A stretch of DNA of 64,000 nt from Parcubacteria group bacterium (GCA_012798235.1 JAAZNP010000004.1:2171-66170), one strand, 5' to 3'; positions 27,279 to 38,738 are shown, counted from the stretch's first letter. Program-made: numbers and translations. The notes: a model not told the origin generated them from the sequence alone.

Positions 27279-28582
27279 TGATTTTTTGTTTGTTGATACC
27301 AATTTAATTCAATACTTTTGGCTGCATTAATAGCAGCTTCTTTGGCTTTTATATTACCAAGAATTACATCATTCACCATTTTACTAAAAATATTATCAAT
27401 TTGATGATTATCAAATTGATACCAACTGCGGCTGGTTAAAATTTGACTAGCAAAAATACCAACTTGGGGATCGTTCATGGCTTGAGTGACTAGATCTAAT
27501 CTAGCAGGAGGATTTTTGGTTTGAGCAAAATAATATTGAGCAATCCCTTTACTGGCTAAAAATTTAAGAAATTGCCAAGCTTGCTGTTGATGAGAAGAAC
27601 GATTAAAGATAACGGCATTCATTGTTTTACCAAAATTTACTTGAGGAATTTCTCCGGAAATAAAAGGGAAAACAGTGACACCATATCTTAAATCAGGAGC
27701 GTAAGATTTAATTATTTGCCTTGCTTGACTATAACCAATCATCATTACTGTTTTTCCTTGAGAAAAAGCAATAATAGAGTTAGGAAAACTATTGCCCCAG
27801 GTGTAATAAGGAGATTTTATTTGAGCAAATTGGGAGTATTCATTTAAGGCTTCTTCGCCATAGAGTACAGAAGTAGTAGGTATTGGCTCATCAAAAAGCA
27901 CTTCCTTCTCATTTTTATTAACCATTTTACATCCCAATTGCATCATAATTTCTGATAAAATATCATTACCCCACGTGATGTTATCGTAGGTTCCTAAAGC
28001 AATAGCCGCTCGCGTTATTTGGCCCGTGGCATTAGTTTTTCTGAGTTTGGGAACTAATTTTAAAATTTCATACCAATTATCAGGTGGCAAAGGAATTTTA
28101 TAATAATCAAAAATATCCTTATTGTAATATAAAGCTAAAGTGTCAATGGATAAAGGAATACCTAAGAGGGAATTATTATCAATTAATTCATTTTGAACAA
28201 TTTGAGGATAAGTTTCTTGGATTGAACGCAGATTATAATCTTTATCTTTAGTTAAATCTAAAGCTGCTATTTTATCCTGGTAACGCGGTAACCAAGAACC
28301 AGGAATAATAAAGATATCCGGACCTTGGTTTTTAGCAAAAGCTGCTAATAATTCATTTTCATAACTGCCGGCTTCTTTTTGCGTGTATTTAATTTGGATG
28401 TTTTTATATTGTTGTCGATAAGAATTGATAATGCTATCGAAAACTTGGGGGCTATCATTAACGCCCCAAATTTCTAAAGTAATTACTTGGCGCGATGGCC
28501 TTTTAAGAATAGTGCTTAAAATGAAGAAAAGAATAATGAAGCCTAAAACCGAAAAGAGAATTATTTTTTGACGTGAAGACAT
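27275..28582 (-). CDS. Membrane-anchored extracellular solute-binding protein (sugar-binding family 1-like)
   Basis: TLEIWG, GPDIF, PLSIDTLALYYNKDIF and AWQFLKFL motifs; no permease genes adjacent. Confidence 0.85.
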   Translation of the reverse strand: MSSRQKIILFSVLGFIILFFILSTILKRPSRQVITLEIWGVNDSPQVFDSIINSYRQQYKNIQIKYTQKEAGSYENELLAAFAKNQGPDIFIIPGSWLPRYQDKIAALDLTKDKDYNLRSIQETYPQIVQNELIDNNSLLGIPLSIDTLALYYNKDIFDYYKIPLPPDNWYEILKLVPKLRKTNATGQITRAAIALGTYDNITWGNDILSEIMMQLGCKMVNKNEKEVLFDEPIPTTSVLYGEEALNEYSQFAQIKSPYYTWGNSFPNSIIAFSQGKTVMMIGYSQARQIIKSYAPDLRYGVTVFPFISGEIPQVNFGKTMNAVIFNRSSHQQQAWQFLKFLASKGIAQYYFAQTKNPPARLDLVTQAMNDPQVGIFASQILTSRSWYQFDNHQIDNIFSKMVNDVILGNIKAKEAAINAAKSIELNWYQQTKNQ

Positions 28583-28586
28583 ATTT

Positions 28587-29126
28587 TTAATTTTTTATTA
28601 GTTTCATTAAAAAGCCATAATGAGTAATTCCTAAAGCTAGCTCTCGTTCTACTGTAAAACCATATTTTTCTAACAACTCCAAAGCATCTTGTTTATTAAG
28701 TGGGAAAAGAAAATTTCTATTAGGTAATTTTTCTGGCTCCCATTCAATCAAAACCAATAACCCTTCTGGTTTTAAAATTCTTTTTGCTTCAGCAATAATT
28801 ATTTCTTTTTTGTCAATTTCAAAAAGGATATTAGCAATAAAAACTAAATCACAAGAATTATCAGGCAAACCGCTACCTTCCTCTTGCTCTAAATTAGCCC
28901 ATTTAGTTTCAATAATATTATTTAAACCCTCAAGTTTAGCTCGAAAAGATAATGCTTCTAACGAAGGTTTCCAGATATCTAAAGCAATAATTTTCCCTGA
29001 AGGTTTTAATCTTTTTGCCATTTCCAAAGAAAAATATCCATTGCCGCAACCAAAATCAGCAATAACCATGCCTTCTTTGAGAGGTAATAAATTCGTAATA
29101 TCTGGAGGATTAAGAAAGGGCGCCAT
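28587..29126 (-). CDS. Class I SAM-dependent methyltransferase
   Basis: IADFGCGNGY and RILKPEG motifs. Confidence 0.88.
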   Translation of the reverse strand: MAPFLNPPDITNLLPLKEGMVIADFGCGNGYFSLEMAKRLKPSGKIIALDIWKPSLEALSFRAKLEGLNNIIETKWANLEQEEGSGLPDNSCDLVFIANILFEIDKKEIIIAEAKRILKPEGLLVLIEWEPEKLPNRNFLFPLNKQDALELLEKYGFTVERELALGITHYGFLMKLIKN

Positions 29127-29150
29127 AATTAAATATATTATAGCAATTTA

Positions 29151-31613
29151 TTAAATTAAAGAAAAACCGGCAATTTTATCATCATCAGTTAATTTCATAA
29201 TTCGCACTCCTTGAGTGGTACGTCTCAAAATAGGAACACTCTTTAACTGCGCTTTAATGATTTGTGCTTTTTGGGAAATCGCAATAAGGGTTTCTTCATT
29301 TTGAGTTAAAGCAGCTTTAATAATAAGTCCAGTTTTGTTGGTAATTTTAGCAGTTTTAATGCCACTGCCCCCTCTTTTTTGTTGACGATACTCATTCAGT
29401 TTTGTTCTTTTGCCAAATCCTTTTTCGCTCATCACTAAAACTTGAGGATTAACTTTAATAATTTCTGGGGTGATATTAATTAAACTAACTACGCGATCAT
29501 TGTTTTTTAATTTAATCCCCTTAACGCCACTGGCTGTACGACCCAAGGCTCTAATTTCTTTTTCCGAAAAACGGATAGCTTGTCCTTGTTCAGAAATCAA
29601 AAGAATTTCATCATTACCCGTCGAAAAAGTTGCGCCAATGACATTATCATTATTAGTCAGTTTGATAGCCACAATGCCACCCTTGCGAATGTTGTCATAT
29701 TCTTTCAGGGCTGTTTTTTTAATTAATCCTTGCTGGGTAGCTAAAATTAAAAAACGATAATTAGTTTCTTTGAGATGAGGTGGCAAATTAAGTAAAACAA
29801 TTACTTTTTCCTGCTCTCTCAAATTCAAATAATTTTGAATCAATTTACCCCTACTAGTGCGTGATCCTTCAGCAATTTCAAAAGCCGGAATTTGGAAAAG
29901 ATACCCTTTATTGGTAAAGAACAGAATTTTATCACGATTGTCAGCAGCTAAAAGATGGCTAATAGCATCTTCCTCGTTTTTCGTTTCATAGCCAATAACT
30001 CCCTTGCCGCCTCTTTTCTGGGCCTTAAGCGTTTCCGGAGACATTCTTTTAATATAGCCAGTTTGTGAGAGGGTAATGAGGATATCTTTGGCGGGAATAA
30101 GTTCTTCATCTTTGATTTCACCAGGCAAATAGGGTTCAATTTTAGTTTTACGTTCATCACCGTATTTCTCTTTTAAATAATTAATCTCATCTTTAATTAT
30201 TTTTAAAATTCTTTTTGGTTGCTTGAGAATTATTTCGTATTCGCTAGCTAATTTTTGTTTTTCTTTAAGTTCGTCTTCGACTTTTTGTTTCTCTAATTTT
30301 GCCAAATTTGATAATTTCATTTCTAGAATGGCATTAGCTTGGATTTCACTAAATTTATATTTGGCCATTAATTTTTGCTGGGCGTTATCTCGATTTTCCG
30401 AAGATTTAATCAATTTAATAATTTCATCAATATGATTTAGGGCTTGAGCTAATCCTTCAAGAATATGGATTCTCTCTTTAGCCTTTTTGAGTAAATATTC
30501 GGTGCGTCTTTTGATAACTTCTTTACGATGTTCTAAATATTCTTCCAGGATATTTTTTAAGGATAAAACTTTAGGCTGTAATCCATTTTCGACTAAAGCT
30601 AGAATATTCACATGAAAAGCCTTTTCCATCTCAGTATATTTAAAGAGCAGGTTTAGAATACGATTCGGTAGAGCATTTTGATGGAGATCAATAGCAATAC
30701 GTAATCCTTCTTTATCAGATTCATCCCTTAAATCTTTAATCCCTTCAATTTTATTTTCTTCTACCAAGGCAGCAATTTTAGTAATTAAATCAGCTTTATT
30801 CACTTGATAGGGAATTTCAGTAACAATAATTTTTTTATGCTTATTGTCATCAATGATTTCTGTTTTAGCGCGACAAATAATAGAACCTTTGCCTGTCGCA
30901 TAAGCTTCTAAAATACTTTCTTTGCCGTAAATAATACCACCCGTAGGGAAATCAGGCCCCTTAATAAAGTTCATTAGTTCTTCAGTGGAGGCATCTGGTT
31001 TATCAATTAAAAAATTAATGGCATTAGCAATTTCAGTTAAATTATGGGGTGGAATATTAGTGGCCATACCCACGGCAATACCCATGGCGCCATTTAAAAT
31101 CAATTGTGGCAATTTTGCTGGTAAATATTTTGGTTCTTGTCTGGTACCATCATAGTTAGGCATAAAATCAACAGTTTCTTTGTCTAAATCCTCAAGCATT
31201 TCTTGAGCAATATTAGTTAAACGACATTCAGTATAACGCATGGCACCCGGAGGGTCGCCATCGATAGAACCAAAATTACCTTGACCTTGAATCAAGGGAT
31301 ATCTTAAAGAAAAATCCTGAGCCATTCTGACTAAGGCATCATAAACAGCAATATCGCCATGGGGATGGAATTTACCCAACGTTTCTCCGACAACCGTCGC
31401 TGATTTTCTCGTTTTACTATTAGCCGTTAAACCTAATTCGTTCATGGCATAGAGGATTCTTCTTTGCACTGGTTTTAAACCATCGCGAGCATCAGGCAAA
31501 GCGCGAGCAATAATCACGGACATTGCATAATCTAAATAAGATTCCCGTAATTCTTCGGTAATTTCTCGAGGCTCAATATTTTTTTTGAATTCTTCCTTAT
31601 TAATCTCAGGCAT
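29151..31613 (-). CDS. gyrA: DNA gyrase subunit A
   Basis: [27 protein letters not shown] and GyrA-box QKRGGKG. Confidence 0.97.
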   Translation of the reverse strand: MPEINKEEFKKNIEPREITEELRESYLDYAMSVIIARALPDARDGLKPVQRRILYAMNELGLTANSKTRKSATVVGETLGKFHPHGDIAVYDALVRMAQDFSLRYPLIQGQGNFGSIDGDPPGAMRYTECRLTNIAQEMLEDLDKETVDFMPNYDGTRQEPKYLPAKLPQLILNGAMGIAVGMATNIPPHNLTEIANAINFLIDKPDASTEELMNFIKGPDFPTGGIIYGKESILEAYATGKGSIICRAKTEIIDDNKHKKIIVTEIPYQVNKADLITKIAALVEENKIEGIKDLRDESDKEGLRIAIDLHQNALPNRILNLLFKYTEMEKAFHVNILALVENGLQPKVLSLKNILEEYLEHRKEVIKRRTEYLLKKAKERIHILEGLAQALNHIDEIIKLIKSSENRDNAQQKLMAKYKFSEIQANAILEMKLSNLAKLEKQKVEDELKEKQKLASEYEIILKQPKRILKIIKDEINYLKEKYGDERKTKIEPYLPGEIKDEELIPAKDILITLSQTGYIKRMSPETLKAQKRGGKGVIGYETKNEEDAISHLLAADNRDKILFFTNKGYLFQIPAFEIAEGSRTSRGKLIQNYLNLREQEKVIVLLNLPPHLKETNYRFLILATQQGLIKKTALKEYDNIRKGGIVAIKLTNNDNVIGATFSTGNDEILLISEQGQAIRFSEKEIRALGRTASGVKGIKLKNNDRVVSLINITPEIIKVNPQVLVMSEKGFGKRTKLNEYRQQKRGGSGIKTAKITNKTGLIIKAALTQNEETLIAISQKAQIIKAQLKSVPILRRTTQGVRIMKLTDDDKIAGFSLI

Positions 31614-31620
31614 AAAATTA

Positions 31621-32262
31621 TTAGATGCTCGGTTTAAGAATAATTAATTTAGTTTCTTGAGGAAGTTGAGTTTTACGAATTACTAATTTGTCTAATTTTT
31701 CTGCTTTTTTACCAAAAGCTTTAAGAAACTTATCAAGGGGATCTAGTTTTAATTTTATATTATTTAAACGATAATGCATGGGGATAACAATTTTAGGCTC
31801 AATTTGATTAATAATACCGACAGCTTCCTCAGCATCGATGGTATAAATTCCTCCTACAGGAATAAGTAAGATGTCAATGTCAGATAATTTCTCTAAAGTT
31901 TCTTCTTTAAGCATTTTCTCTCCCAAATCACCTAAATGGCAAACAGTTAAATCTTCGGATTGTATTTTATAAATAGTATTAAACCCGCGATCGTGGCCAG
32001 AACGATTATCATGATAGCTAGGCAAACCATCAATAATAATTTCTTCTTTTTCAATTTCTCCCGGACCTTCTAACACAAAAGGTTCGCCTAAAATAGCACT
32101 TTTATTATTATGGTCTTCGTGTTCGTGGGTAATTAATAAAATATCTGCTTTAAAACGACTCGGTTTAATGCCGAGCATTTTTTCGGAAAAGGGATCCAGG
32201 GCAATAATTTTTCCTTTAGTTTCAATTTTAAAATAGGAGTGTCCTAGCCATTGAATAATCAT
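31621..32262 (-). CDS. MBL-fold metallo-hydrolase
   Basis: WLGHS, THEHEDH, HLGDLG and IPMHY motifs. Confidence 0.88.
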   Translation of the reverse strand: MIIQWLGHSYFKIETKGKIIALDPFSEKMLGIKPSRFKADILLITHEHEDHNNKSAILGEPFVLEGPGEIEKEEIIIDGLPSYHDNRSGHDRGFNTIYKIQSEDLTVCHLGDLGEKMLKEETLEKLSDIDILLIPVGGIYTIDAEEAVGIINQIEPKIVIPMHYRLNNIKLKLDPLDKFLKAFGKKAEKLDKLVIRKTQLPQETKLIILKPSI

Positions 32263-32271
32263 ATAACTATT

Positions 32272-33072
32272 TTAACACATTTTTCTGAATAATTGGATAG
32301 CCAAAACAGTAATCAAGATATCGAAAGAAATAAGTATTCCCAAAGAAGTAATAAAGTTATTAGTAGTTAATTGACTGATAATTGTTGGTTTTAATGTTTG
32401 AGAAAGAACAACCCAGCGTAAACTATTAATGCCGTAAGTTAAAGGGTTGTACTTAGATAAATTAACCATCCATGCTGGTGAATTATTAATAGGAAAGAAA
32501 GCGCCAGAAAGAAATACCATCGGCGCGATAATTAACTGCAAGATGAAAGAGAAACTTTCTGTTCTTTTCATACGAGCTGTTAAGCAAATGCCTAAAGAAG
32601 CCATACCATAAGCAATAAGAAAGATTATCGCTAGTCCACCGAGAAATAATTTGAGAGAAAAATTAATGCCTAAATAAGGCGCAGCAAGCAAAAGAAGAAA
32701 ACCCTCAATTAGGCCAGTAGTTGCTGCGCCTAATATTTTACCCAAAGCAATATGAGAGCGAGGCACTGGCGAAACGAGAATTTCTTTTAAAAAACCAAAT
32801 TCCCGGTCCCAAACAATAGACATCGTAGAGCTAAGGGCCATGGTGGTAACACTTAAACCCAAAATGCCAGGGAAGAAAAATTCGGCAAAATCATACGGTA
32901 GGGTTACTAAAGGGAAGATAGTTTTTAATCCTGTGCCAAAGAAGATTAAAAATAATATCGGCAAAAAAATAGAAGAGAAAAATTTAATTCGATTGCGAAC
33001 ATACATGAGAATTTCTCGATACCAAAGAATAAAAATTCCTGAAAGTTTATTGAGATTTGGTTTTTTTATCAT
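32272..33072 (-). CDS. ABC-2 type exporter permease
   Basis: DREFGFLKEILVSP, FLSGAFFP and NPLTYG motifs; ATG at 33072 preferred. Confidence 0.9.
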   Translation of the reverse strand: MIKKPNLNKLSGIFILWYREILMYVRNRIKFFSSIFLPILFLIFFGTGLKTIFPLVTLPYDFAEFFFPGILGLSVTTMALSSTMSIVWDREFGFLKEILVSPVPRSHIALGKILGAATTGLIEGFLLLLAAPYLGINFSLKLFLGGLAIIFLIAYGMASLGICLTARMKRTESFSFILQLIIAPMVFLSGAFFPINNSPAWMVNLSKYNPLTYGINSLRWVVLSQTLKPTIISQLTTNNFITSLGILISFDILITVLAIQLFRKMC

Positions 33073-34087
33073 GATTATGAGAAGGATTAAATAAAGTAAA
33101 AAGACTAGATAAATCAAAAAGAGGTGATTCGGTTTCGATATGACCATTGTCATTTTCACGGATTTGTCTACCGGTTAATTCTAAAAAGACATCTTCTAAA
33201 GTTGGCCTTCTTAATTCCATAGAAATTATTTTAGCATTTAAATTTTCCACTAATACAGGTAAAAATTCATTACCTTTATCAATTTCTATTTTTAATTCTT
33301 TACCTATCTTTTTAATATTATATTGAGGAAATTTTTGATGGAATTCTTCTTCGGCTGAATCATTATCCTCGGTTTTAATAGTAATAATGTCGCCTCCAAC
33401 CATTTTTTTAAGATTTTCTGGAGTATCAGAAGCAATGATTTTTCCGTGGTCAATAATGGCCACTCGATCGCAACTTTCAGCTTCATTTAAATATTGAGTA
33501 GTTAAGAAAATAGTAATATCTTTTTTCTTACGGATATTAAAAATATAATCCCATACTTTTTTTCTGGTTTGCGGATCCAAACCAATGGTTGGCTCGTCTA
33601 AAAATAAAATTTTCGGTTGAGCAATTAAAGAACGAGCAATTTCTAATCTTCTTTTCATGCCTCCTGAAAAATCATGCACTTTGTGTTTACGCCAATCCCA
33701 TAATTCACATATTTTTAAAACTTCAATTTTCCTTTGAGTGAAATCTTTTCGTGAAATTCCATAAAGCATAGCATGAAGATAAAGATTTTCTTCGGCAGTT
33801 AAATGGTCATCCAGGGTAACATCTTGAAAAACTAAACCAATAAAGCTGCGAACTTTATCGGGATGAGCGACAACATTATAGTTGTTAATATAAACCACAC
33901 CGGAACTAGGTTGATTTAAAGTGCACAAAATATTGATCGTAGTTGTTTTACCGGCACCATTAGGGCCCAAAAAACCAAAAATTTCTCCTCGCTTTACAGT
34001 AAAGGATATGCCATCAACTGCTTTGATGGCTCCGTATTTTTTTCTTAAATTTTCTACTTGAATAATTTCTTCTATTTCTCCATTCAT
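33047..34087 (-). CDS. ABC exporter ATP-binding protein (DrrA-like)
   Basis: GPNGAGKT, FSGGMKRR and LDEPT motifs. Confidence 0.92.
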   Translation of the reverse strand: MNGEIEEIIQVENLRKKYGAIKAVDGISFTVKRGEIFGFLGPNGAGKTTTINILCTLNQPSSGVVYINNYNVVAHPDKVRSFIGLVFQDVTLDDHLTAEENLYLHAMLYGISRKDFTQRKIEVLKICELWDWRKHKVHDFSGGMKRRLEIARSLIAQPKILFLDEPTIGLDPQTRKKVWDYIFNIRKKKDITIFLTTQYLNEAESCDRVAIIDHGKIIASDTPENLKKMVGGDIITIKTEDNDSAEEEFHQKFPQYNIKKIGKELKIEIDKGNEFLPVLVENLNAKIISMELRRPTLEDVFLELTGRQIRENDNGHIETESPLFDLSSLFTLFNPSHNHDKKTKSQ

Positions 34088-34098
34088 AAAATTGAAGA

Positions 34099-35088
34099 TT
34101 AACGAAATCCCATTTTGCGCTTAACTTCCAGTAATGTTTTTTGAACAATGCCCAGCGCATATCTCTCTCCATTTTCTATGATTTCTTTAATAAGTTGAGG
34201 GTGCTTTTGATAATAAGCTCTTTTTGCTTGTATTGGTTTTAAATAATTATAAATATACTGCGCCAATTCATTTTTCAGTGGTTGGTATTTAATGCCAGTA
34301 GTTAAGTATTGTTTTTCGTATTGCTCTCTTTTTAATTTACCCATAAAAAGTTCCACTAAAGTTAAGAGAGCGTTAATTCCTCCTTGTTGCGGTACTTTAT
34401 TGCCATGACCAAGATCAGTGGGGACCTTGGCTAATTTCTTTTTTATGGTATCTAAATCGTCAATTAAGCTAATATAACTATTTTCATTGGTTTTTGACAT
34501 TTTACCTTCTCCGGTTAGAGAAGGAACATAAGAGCCACTAGTTAAGAAAGCCTGAGGCTCGGGAAAAGTTTTGCCAAAATAATTATTAAACATTCGGGCT
34601 ACTTCTCGAGTTAATTCTAAATGAGGTAATTGGTCTTTTCCCACTGGTACTAATTCAGCCTTATAGATTAGAATATCAGCTGCCATGAGAATGGGGTAGT
34701 ATAAAAGACCCAAGTTAATATATTTTGGTTGTTCTAATTTTTTTTCTTTATAAGTAGGTAGTTGTTCTAAACGAGAGACAGGATAAATAGTCGATAGATA
34801 ATAAGCCAATTCTAAATGTTGCGGCAGATGCGATTGAATAATTAAGTGGGATTTTTTAGGGTCGAGGCCACAGGCTAAATAATCCAACACTAAATCAGTT
34901 ACTTCTTTAGGGTAAGTTTTAGGATTGTAGGGTGAAGTAACTCCGTGAAGATCAACAATGGCATAAATGCAATCAAGATTTTTTTCATCTTGCAATTTTA
35001 GATAGCCTTTGATGGCACCAAAATAGTTTCCTAAATGCAAATGACCAGTTGGTCTAGTGCCAGAGAAAACGCGACGTTTTTTAATCAT
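34099..35088 (-). CDS. trpS: Tryptophan--tRNA ligase
   Basis: SGTRPTGHLHLGN, YPILMAADIL, VPVGKDQ and KMSK motifs. Confidence 0.96.
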   Translation of the reverse strand: MIKKRRVFSGTRPTGHLHLGNYFGAIKGYLKLQDEKNLDCIYAIVDLHGVTSPYNPKTYPKEVTDLVLDYLACGLDPKKSHLIIQSHLPQHLELAYYLSTIYPVSRLEQLPTYKEKKLEQPKYINLGLLYYPILMAADILIYKAELVPVGKDQLPHLELTREVARMFNNYFGKTFPEPQAFLTSGSYVPSLTGEGKMSKTNENSYISLIDDLDTIKKKLAKVPTDLGHGNKVPQQGGINALLTLVELFMGKLKREQYEKQYLTTGIKYQPLKNELAQYIYNYLKPIQAKRAYYQKHPQLIKEIIENGERYALGIVQKTLLEVKRKMGFR

Positions 35089-35105
35089 AATGATATTGAG
35101 TTAAG

Positions 35106-35176
35106 AGCGGGCGATGGGAATCGAACCCACGCCTTGACCTTGGAAGGGTCACATACTGCCGCTATACTACGCCCGC
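35106..35176 (-). tRNA. tRNA-Gly(TCC)
   Basis: Cloverleaf; loop CTTCCAA; U73. Confidence 0.95.
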
Positions 35177-35255
35177 TTTAATCTAACAAAAAAAGATCAT
35201 TTCATGATCTTTTTTCTATTTTACCTCTTTTTAGGGAAAAAAGCAAAACGATATT

Positions 35256-36977
35256 TTAAATTTCTTTTAAAGGAGTAATTCCTAAAATTTCCATGCCCTG
35301 TTTTAAGATGGTTGCTGCTGTTTTTAAGAAAACAATTTGAGCAGCGCGGCGATTAATATTTAATTCTTTCAAAACTGGTACTTCCTCATAATAATTATTA
35401 AGCAAATCAGCTAAAGATAATAAATAATTAGCTAATAAATGAGGAGCGTAATCATGCGCACTTTTTTGAACAATGTCTTTGAATTCCAATAAGTTTTGGA
35501 TGATATTTTTTTCTAACTCTTTATTCAATAATTCTATTTTTGGCTTCTGAATAATCTTAGCCCGACTAATGATCTTATTAATGCGAGCATATGTATATTG
35601 CAAATAAACACTTGAATTACCTTTGAAACTGAGCATTTGTTGCCAATCAAAGATAATATTTTGGGTGCGAAAACTTTTTAAATCATTAAATTTTAGAGCT
35701 CCCAAAGCGATAATTTGAGCTAATTGTTTTTGTTTTTTTAACGGCCACTGGGGATGTTTGTCTCGGATAATGGCTAAAGAATTTTTTAGCCCTGTATCAA
35801 TCACTTCTTTGAGGGTGATTAATTCTCCTTCCCGGGTAGAGAATTTTTTATTATGAGCATCTAAAATTAAACCGAATTTAATATGCTCTAATTGAGTTAG
35901 AGGATCGAGGTTTAATATTTGGGCAGCGCTAAACAGTTGTTTGAAATATAATGATTGCTCATTACCAACGACATAAAGAATTTTTTCTGGATGGTACTTT
36001 TTAATACGATAGATTAAATTCGCTAAATCGCGAGTAAAATATAAGGAAGCTTTATCTGTTTTTTGAATTAAAGCAGGAGGTAAATTAAATTCATCTAAAG
36101 GCAAAATTAAAGCGCCTTGACTTTCTTGAATCAATTTTTTCTTTTTTAACTCTTCGATTAAAGGTAATAAATCTGGTTCAAAATCAGATTCTCCTTTTAG
36201 AATATCAAATTTTATTCCTAATAAATTATAAATTTTTAGAAATTCTTTCAGAGACTCTTTTTTAAACCAAAGCCATAATCGTTTGTTTGTTTTGTCTCCT
36301 GCTTCTAATTTTTTAAATTCCTCTTGAGCTAATTTTTCCAATTCCGGCTTTTGCTTTAATTCTTGGTGGAATTTTTGATAAAGCTTTAAAAGATTATCGA
36401 TGGGATTTTTCTGAATTTCTTGTTGTTTACCCCACAATTTATAAGCCACAATTAACTTGCCAAATTGGGTGCCCCAATCACCTAAATAGTTCCAGCGAAT
36501 AACATGATAACCAAGGGTTTCATATAGTTTTGCTAATGTTTCTCCGATAATAGTGGAACGTAAATGGCCAATATGCATGGGCTTGGCAATATTGGGTGAA
36601 GAATATTCCACAATAATTGGTCGAGGGTGAAAAGTTTTTAAAGAAGAAACTATATTTTTTAACACTAATATTTCTTGTGGAAAAGCATTTTTTTGAAGAA
36701 AAAAATTCAGATAACCAGGAGAGGCAATTTCTATTTTCTCTACAAACTGATATTTATCTTTTGTGATTTTAGTTAATAATAGTTGGGCAATATTCATTGG
36801 CGAGTCTTTTGCTATTTTGCTCAAGATTAAAGGTAGGGTAGAACTATAATCGCCAAAATTTTTATGAGGGGAAATTGTTATTGGGATATCAAAATCTTTG
36901 GGGATTGCCCAGTGTTTCTCTTGAGTTGCTTCTTTTAAAGCATTTTTTATTAAATTTTCTAATTGTTCTTTAATCAT
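35256..36977 (-). CDS. argS: Arginine--tRNA ligase
   Basis: EYSSPNIAKPMHIGHLRS, GDWGTQFG and YLQYTYAR motifs. Confidence 0.96.
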   Translation of the reverse strand: MIKEQLENLIKNALKEATQEKHWAIPKDFDIPITISPHKNFGDYSSTLPLILSKIAKDSPMNIAQLLLTKITKDKYQFVEKIEIASPGYLNFFLQKNAFPQEILVLKNIVSSLKTFHPRPIIVEYSSPNIAKPMHIGHLRSTIIGETLAKLYETLGYHVIRWNYLGDWGTQFGKLIVAYKLWGKQQEIQKNPIDNLLKLYQKFHQELKQKPELEKLAQEEFKKLEAGDKTNKRLWLWFKKESLKEFLKIYNLLGIKFDILKGESDFEPDLLPLIEELKKKKLIQESQGALILPLDEFNLPPALIQKTDKASLYFTRDLANLIYRIKKYHPEKILYVVGNEQSLYFKQLFSAAQILNLDPLTQLEHIKFGLILDAHNKKFSTREGELITLKEVIDTGLKNSLAIIRDKHPQWPLKKQKQLAQIIALGALKFNDLKSFRTQNIIFDWQQMLSFKGNSSVYLQYTYARINKIISRAKIIQKPKIELLNKELEKNIIQNLLEFKDIVQKSAHDYAPHLLANYLLSLADLLNNYYEEVPVLKELNINRRAAQIVFLKTAATILKQGMEILGITPLKEI

Positions 36978-36987
36978 GTAAGAAAGG

Positions 36988-37059
36988 TCGGGCCGGTGGG
37001 ATTTGAACCCACGACTTCATCGTCCCGAACGATGCGCGCTACCACTGCGCTACGGCCCG
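36988..37059 (-). tRNA. tRNA-Pro(CGG)
   Basis: Cloverleaf; loop TTCGGGA. Confidence 0.95.
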
Positions 37060-37060
37060 T

Positions 37061-38587
37061 TTATACTTTGTATTTTCTTTTTATTTTATTTTCTTCATTA
37101 GCCAGTAAATTTTGATATTTAATTTTAGCTTTTTTGTCCATTTGCTGGAGTTCTTTCTCTGATAAATGGTTTAATTCCTGCGTTCTTTTCTTCAAATAAT
37201 CTTTTTTATTTTTTTGAGGGTCATCCAGAACTTCTTCTAAAAGAATATTTAAAAGAAATCCTATTTTCGGTCCTGGTTTTAATTTGGTTATTTTCATTAT
37301 ATCATTGCCATTAATTTTTAACATTTTTAATGACGGCTCCTTTCCTTCTAATTGTTTAATGATTTTTTCTACTTTGAACAAAAAATGACGCAAGCGAAAG
37401 GGTAAAGCTTTAGGGCAGCCAGAACCAATGCGATCTGCTTCTCGTAATTGAGCCAATTCTTGAATATTTTGGCTACCAACTTTCACTAACAATCTTCTAA
37501 TCGCAGCATCAGTAGTAATTTCTGGGTCATAAACAAAACCATGATAGCGCACCAAAAGAGTGATTTTGTTTATTTTTTCCGTAGGAAATTTTAAACGGGT
37601 CAAAATTTGACGCGTCATTTGGGTGCTAACAATTTCATGATTATAAAAAGTAGCATTGGTGCCTTCGCCTTCTTTAGTTTTAGGTTTACCTAAATCATGA
37701 AATAAGCTAGCTAATCTTACTTCTAAACTATAATTTTTTTGACTAGCATATTCTAAAGAACGCCACAAGTGTTCGAAAACAGTATAAAGATGATGTTTGT
37801 TTTGAGTAACGCCAATAGTTTTTTCTAATTCCGGAATAAATTGCGAAAGCAAATTTGTTTGTTGTAATAAAAGAATTCCTTGGCTTGCTCGAGGGGTTTC
37901 AATAATTTTTGTAAATTCGTCTCGAATTCTTTCTTGGGCAATAAATTTTAAAAGAGGGGCATTTTTTTGAATAGCTTTAAAAGTCTCTGTTGCGATTTGA
38001 AAATTTAATTCGCAAGCAAAACGAATGGCTCTCATTAAACGCAAAGCGTCTTCTTGAAAACGTTCTTGAGGATTACCCACTGCTCTAATAAATTTCTCTT
38101 TTAAATCCTCTTGCCCGTTAAAAGGATCAATAATTCTTGGAATTATGAATTTAGAATCATGAATTATGGAAGTATTTTTTTCTTTGACTTTTGATTCCTG
38201 ATTCCTAATTCCTACTTCCATTGCCATGGCATTGATAGTAAAATCTCGGCGCGACAAATCTTCTTCTAATGTTTGAGCAAATTTAATAGTATCCGGATGG
38301 CGTTTATCAGTATATTTTCCTTCTTGACGAAAAGTTGTAATTTCTATGGTTTTTAATGCTGATAATTTTGAATTAGTTTTCACCAAAACAGTAGCGAATT
38401 CATTTTCATAAACACTTTCAGGAAACATTTTTTGAATTTCTTCTGGCCTGGCATTTGTAGTAATATCCCAATCCTTAGGTTGTTTTTTTAATAATAAATC
38501 TCTGACGCAACCACCAACTAAATAAGCCTCAAAATTAGCTTTTTGAAGCTTATCAATAATTTCTAAAATCTCTTTGGGAATTTTCAT
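37061..38587 (-). CDS. cca: CCA-adding tRNA nucleotidyltransferase with HD domain
   Basis: VGGCVRD, DWDITT, RRDFTINA, EDALRLMRA and FHDLGK motifs. Confidence 0.9.
   Translation of the reverse strand: MKIPKEILEIIDKLQKANFEAYLVGGCVRDLLLKKQPKDWDITTNARPEEIQKMFPESVYENEFATVLVKTNSKLSALKTIEITTFRQEGKYTDKRHPDTIKFAQTLEEDLSRRDFTINAMAMEVGIRNQESKVKEKNTSIIHDSKFIIPRIIDPFNGQEDLKEKFIRAVGNPQERFQEDALRLMRAIRFACELNFQIATETFKAIQKNAPLLKFIAQERIRDEFTKIIETPRASQGILLLQQTNLLSQFIPELEKTIGVTQNKHHLYTVFEHLWRSLEYASQKNYSLEVRLASLFHDLGKPKTKEGEGTNATFYNHEIVSTQMTRQILTRLKFPTEKINKITLLVRYHGFVYDPEITTDAAIRRLLVKVGSQNIQELAQLREADRIGSGCPKALPFRLRHFLFKVEKIIKQLEGKEPSLKMLKINGNDIMKITKLKPGPKIGFLLNILLEEVLDDPQKNKKDYLKKRTQELNHLSEKELQQMDKKAKIKYQNLLANEENKIKRKYKV
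38138..38219. repeat. Two inverted tracts of degenerate heptamer repeats inside cca
   Basis: tggaatt atgaatt tagaatc atgaatt atggaag ... tgacttt tgattcc tgattcc taattcc tacttcc. Confidence 0.75.
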
Positions 38588-38604
38588 TTTTGTTTTTTGT
38601 ACCC

Positions 38605-38738
38605 CCCCCTCACTTGAAAAAGATAAATTTATTTCATAAATAATAAATATTTTTTCTACTGAGGAATAATAAACAGATTACCTTATTAAATTACTCAATA
38701 GAATCTTGGCGATAGCCAATCTTTTTCAAGTGAGGGGG
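38605..38738. mobile_element. Non-autonomous palindromic element, copy C, abutting the tRNA-Lys(CTT) 3' end
   Basis: TIR CCCCCTCACTTGAAAAAGAT/ATCTTTTTCAAGTGAGGGGG carries a compensatory change relative to copies A and B. Confidence 0.75.

Noticed and set aside
5560-38738. Palindromic repeats as a CRISPR array or integron attC sites
   Set aside because: The copies are dispersed, not tandem with unique spacers; there are no cas genes, no integrase and no RYYYAAC/GTTRRRY ends.
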